A DNA stretch of 35,678 nucleotides. It comes from Macrostomum lignano. Lineage: Eukaryota. This document shows positions 33,164 to 35,678 of this stretch, in pieces. The position numbers were made by a program, and so were the translations under genes. A model generated the notes under the pieces. The model ran no database searches. It was not told the origin of the DNA and was given only the letters and a program-made list of their open reading frames with translations. The DNA lies in contig NIVC01004762.1 of assembly GCA_002269645.1 (NCBI GenBank), positions 1-35,678 of the forward strand, in the 5' to 3' direction. Position 1 is the first letter of the stretch. Each line of letters begins with the position of its first letter.

Positions 33164-33459
33164 TGATGAGTGACAGTCATTGTCAAGCTGAGGTGATGAG
33201 TGACAGTCATTGTCAAGCTGAGGTGATGAGTGACAGTCATTGTCAGTCTGAGGTGATGAGTGACAGTCATTGTCAGTCTGAGGTGATGAGTGACAGTCAT
33301 TGTCAAGCTGAGGTGATGAGTGAGAGTCATTGTCAAGCTGAGGTGATGAGTGACAGTCATTGTCAAGCTGAGGTGATGAGTGACAGTCATTGTCAAGCTG
33401 AGGTGATGGGTGACAGTCATTGTGAAGCTGAGGTGATGGGTGACAGTCATTGTGAAGCT
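33164..33459. repeat. 30-bp minisatellite, about 10 copies, with an internal TGACA/TGTCA hairpin
   Basis: Unit TGATGAGTGACAGTCATTGTCAAGCTGAGG. Confidence 0.96.
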
Positions 33460-33696
33460 ATGGAATGACAATTAGCGCTATGGCTTTCTCAAACACGCTC
33501 GTATTAAAAATGAGGTATTTAATATTCGAATGAGGAAATGAGGAATTCAAAGAGCATTCAGTTTCGAAGTAAAAGTTCCAACTAAATCTGCTCATGTATT
33601 TTCATTTCTGCTCAAAAGGCACCGGGCAGAAGCTGGCAGTGAAGCGGAACTTACCGGATGACAAACCTGTCGAGTGATTCACCTCCTGTCAATCAA

Positions 33697-35447
33697 TCAA
33701 GCTGCTGCCTCACCTTGGCAGGTGTAGTTGGCGAACAGGTACTTGTAGTTGCCAGGGCACGGGTCGCCGCCGAAGTTGTCGTTGCTGGCCACGAAGCTGC
33801 AGCTCTGCCGAGCGTCGCACTGCGCCCGCACGAAGCTCAGGGAGTTCGGGCTCCAGCAGTTGTTCAGGCTGCTGGTTGTCCTGGTGCAGGCCGTGCTGAA
33901 CTCGTCCGACTTGCCGAACATGGCGAACTCCGTCTGGATGGCGCCCGCAGGCAGCTCAGCTCAGCCGCTGACTTCTCGCACACCACCAGTGACTGCACAG
34001 CGGCCTCTGCGGGGCGAGTTCCGGCATCTCTGCTGACATTTGTACTGACATTTCTGCTAAAATGTCTACTGACACTTCTACTGACATTTTTACTCACACT
34101 TCTCCTGATATTTCTACTGACATGTCTACTGATATTTCTACTGACATGTCTACTGATATTTCTACTGACATGTCTACTGATATTTCTACTGACAAACTAG
34201 TAGTGCGGTAGGGATATGCGCGGACGCGGTTCTATGGCTGCATTTTGGCTCAGCTAATCCAAGGAGCCCTAGAAACAGAGCCTGGACAGAAACCTGAACG
34301 ATCTGCGGGATGCTGCCATCAAACACCTCTTGCGACAGATGAAGAGGCGAGTGTGTTTGGTTTAATTACAGAGGCTGAAATTCCTGCCTGCCCAGTGACA
34401 AGGACACAGTGAACTTGATGGCCACTCCAAAACTATTTGGCCCGAGACGAGGGTCGATCGCGAAATTTGCATGCCATCATTTCTGGACACGGCTCAGACC
34501 AAATAAATGCATTAAAACAGATGAAAGTTCAGTAATTAGAAAATTTTTCTGCTACAAGTTGAGGCAGCTTCTCGGTGCTGAAATTGCTTTCGGTTTTTCA
34601 TGCATGGCTGTTTCCATATGCTTTTTGCTGTTGCATCTGCTTTCCCGCTGTTCCCTCCCGCTGTTCCCTCCCGCTGTTCCCTCCACTGTTCCCTCCCACT
34701 GTTCCCTCCCGCTGTTCCCTCCCGCTGTTCCCTCCTGCTGTTCCCTCCCGCTGTTCCCTCCCGCTGTTCCCTCCGCTGTTCCCTCCCGCTGTTCCCTCCT
34801 GCTGTTCCCTCCGCTGTTCCCTCCCGCTGTTCCCTCCGGCTGTTCCCTCCCGCTGTTCCCTCCCGCTGTTCCCTCCCGCTGTTCCCTCCCGCTGTTCCCT
34901 CCGGCTGTTCCCTCCCGCTGTTCCCTCCCGCTGTTCCCTCCCGCTGTTCCCTCCCGCTGTTCCCTCCCACTGTTCCCTCCCACTGTTCCTCCGCTGTTCC
35001 CTCCCGCTGTTCCCTCCCGCTGTTCCCTCCCGCTGTTCCTCGCGCTGTTCCCTCGCGCTGTTCCCTCCGGCTGTTCCCTCCCGCTGTTCCCTCCCGCTGT
35101 TCCCTCCCGCTGTTCCCTCCCGCTGTTCCCTCCGCTGTTCCCTCCCGCTGTTCCCTCCGCTGTTTCCTCCCGCTGTTCCCTCCCGCTGTTCCCTCCCGCT
35201 GTTCCCTCCGCTGTTCCCTCCCGCTGTTCCCTCCCGCTGTTCCCTCCCGCTGTTCCCTCCCGCTGTTCCCACCCGCTGTTCCCTCCCGCTGTTCCCGCTG
35301 TTCTCCCCTTACCGCTGTTCCTCCCGCTGTTCCTACCGCTGCTCCAGCCCTTCGCATGAGCTCACCTTCAGTCTGTCCTCCGAAGAAACTGGCGAAGAAC
35401 AGTATGGCTGCTGCCACTTCAGTGCTCAGATGTTTCTTAGCTGGCAT
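33697..35447 (-). CDS. Secreted single-domain SUEL/rhamnose-binding-type lectin, 2 exons (35447-35366 signal peptide; 34006-33697 lectin domain); 1-bp deletion near 33950
   Basis: Exon 1 MPAKKHLSTEVAAAILFFASFFGGQTE ends at a phase-1 GTGAGC donor that fits the phase-1 acceptor at 34007. The domain is nearly identical to 29824-30134 but 1 nt shorter. Confidence 0.75.
34025..34195. repeat. 12-bp repeat (GTCAGTAGAAAT on the lectin sense strand) upstream of the lectin exon; homologous array at 29657-29800
   Basis: Direct read in both copies; the order of variants differs between them. Confidence 0.92.
34643..35340. repeat. 13-bp minisatellite (CTGTTCCCTCCCG) in lectin intron 1
   Basis: Direct read; it generates six spurious ORFs. 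Confidence 0.97.
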
Positions 35448-35642
35448 GGCTTCTGCTTAATAGCTGGTATATCATTCAGTGGACTCTGACCCTTACAGAA
35501 GGCTTCTGTTGGGGTTTTATTGCGTAGTTATTACCCAAAGGACGGATAGAATTCTTGAATTAACTCCACCCAATGCAACTGGCGACTGTGATCACCAGCA
35601 ATTTGATTGGCTCATTGCTTGCTGTGCGCAGAAGCTGGCTGA

Positions 35643-35678
35643 GCTAAACTGAACTAAACTGAACTGAACTGAACTAAC
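35643..35678. repeat. (CTGAA/CTAAA)n pentamer run at the window edge
   Basis: Direct read. Confidence 0.8.

Noticed and set aside
35643-35678. (CTGAA)n as the tail of a BovB/RTE element
   Set aside because: No RT sequence upstream, and the run is truncated by the window edge.

Overview
Eukaryotic (metazoan) genomic DNA with GC3-rich exons, GT-AG introns and many minisatellites. The style suggests a flatworm such as Macrostomum, which is inference only. Genes, almost all on the minus strand: (i) two tandem intronless ~12-TM MFS transporters resembling very divergent POT/SLC15 proteins (8226-9653, 10974-12491), plus a rearranged relic of a third paralog near 1.9-2.06 kb; (ii) a 7-exon OATP/SLCO transporter (13441-18941); (iii) a tandem-C2 synaptotagmin-like gene with no obvious TM segment (21616 to ~32554); (iv) a secreted single-SUEL-domain lectin (33697-35447), whose domain exon is also present as an inverted copy (29824-30134) inside the synaptotagmin-like intron. 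Mobile DNA: a hypermutated RTE-like LINE relic at the left edge, an internally deleted piggyBac and several MITE/fold-back elements. No rRNA, tRNA or CRISPR array is supported. Most long ORFs in the supplied track are tandem-repeat artefacts. Best leads: a RIP-like TpA-skewed, CpG-free LINE relic; a 61-bp insertion with an 18-bp target duplication inside a C2 exon that may be spliced out as a newborn intron; a lectin exon pasted with a 16-bp target duplication into a minisatellite; POT-like transporters lacking the ExxER motif; and minisatellites that multiply real splice sites. All alignments and family calls were made by eye; no database search was run.
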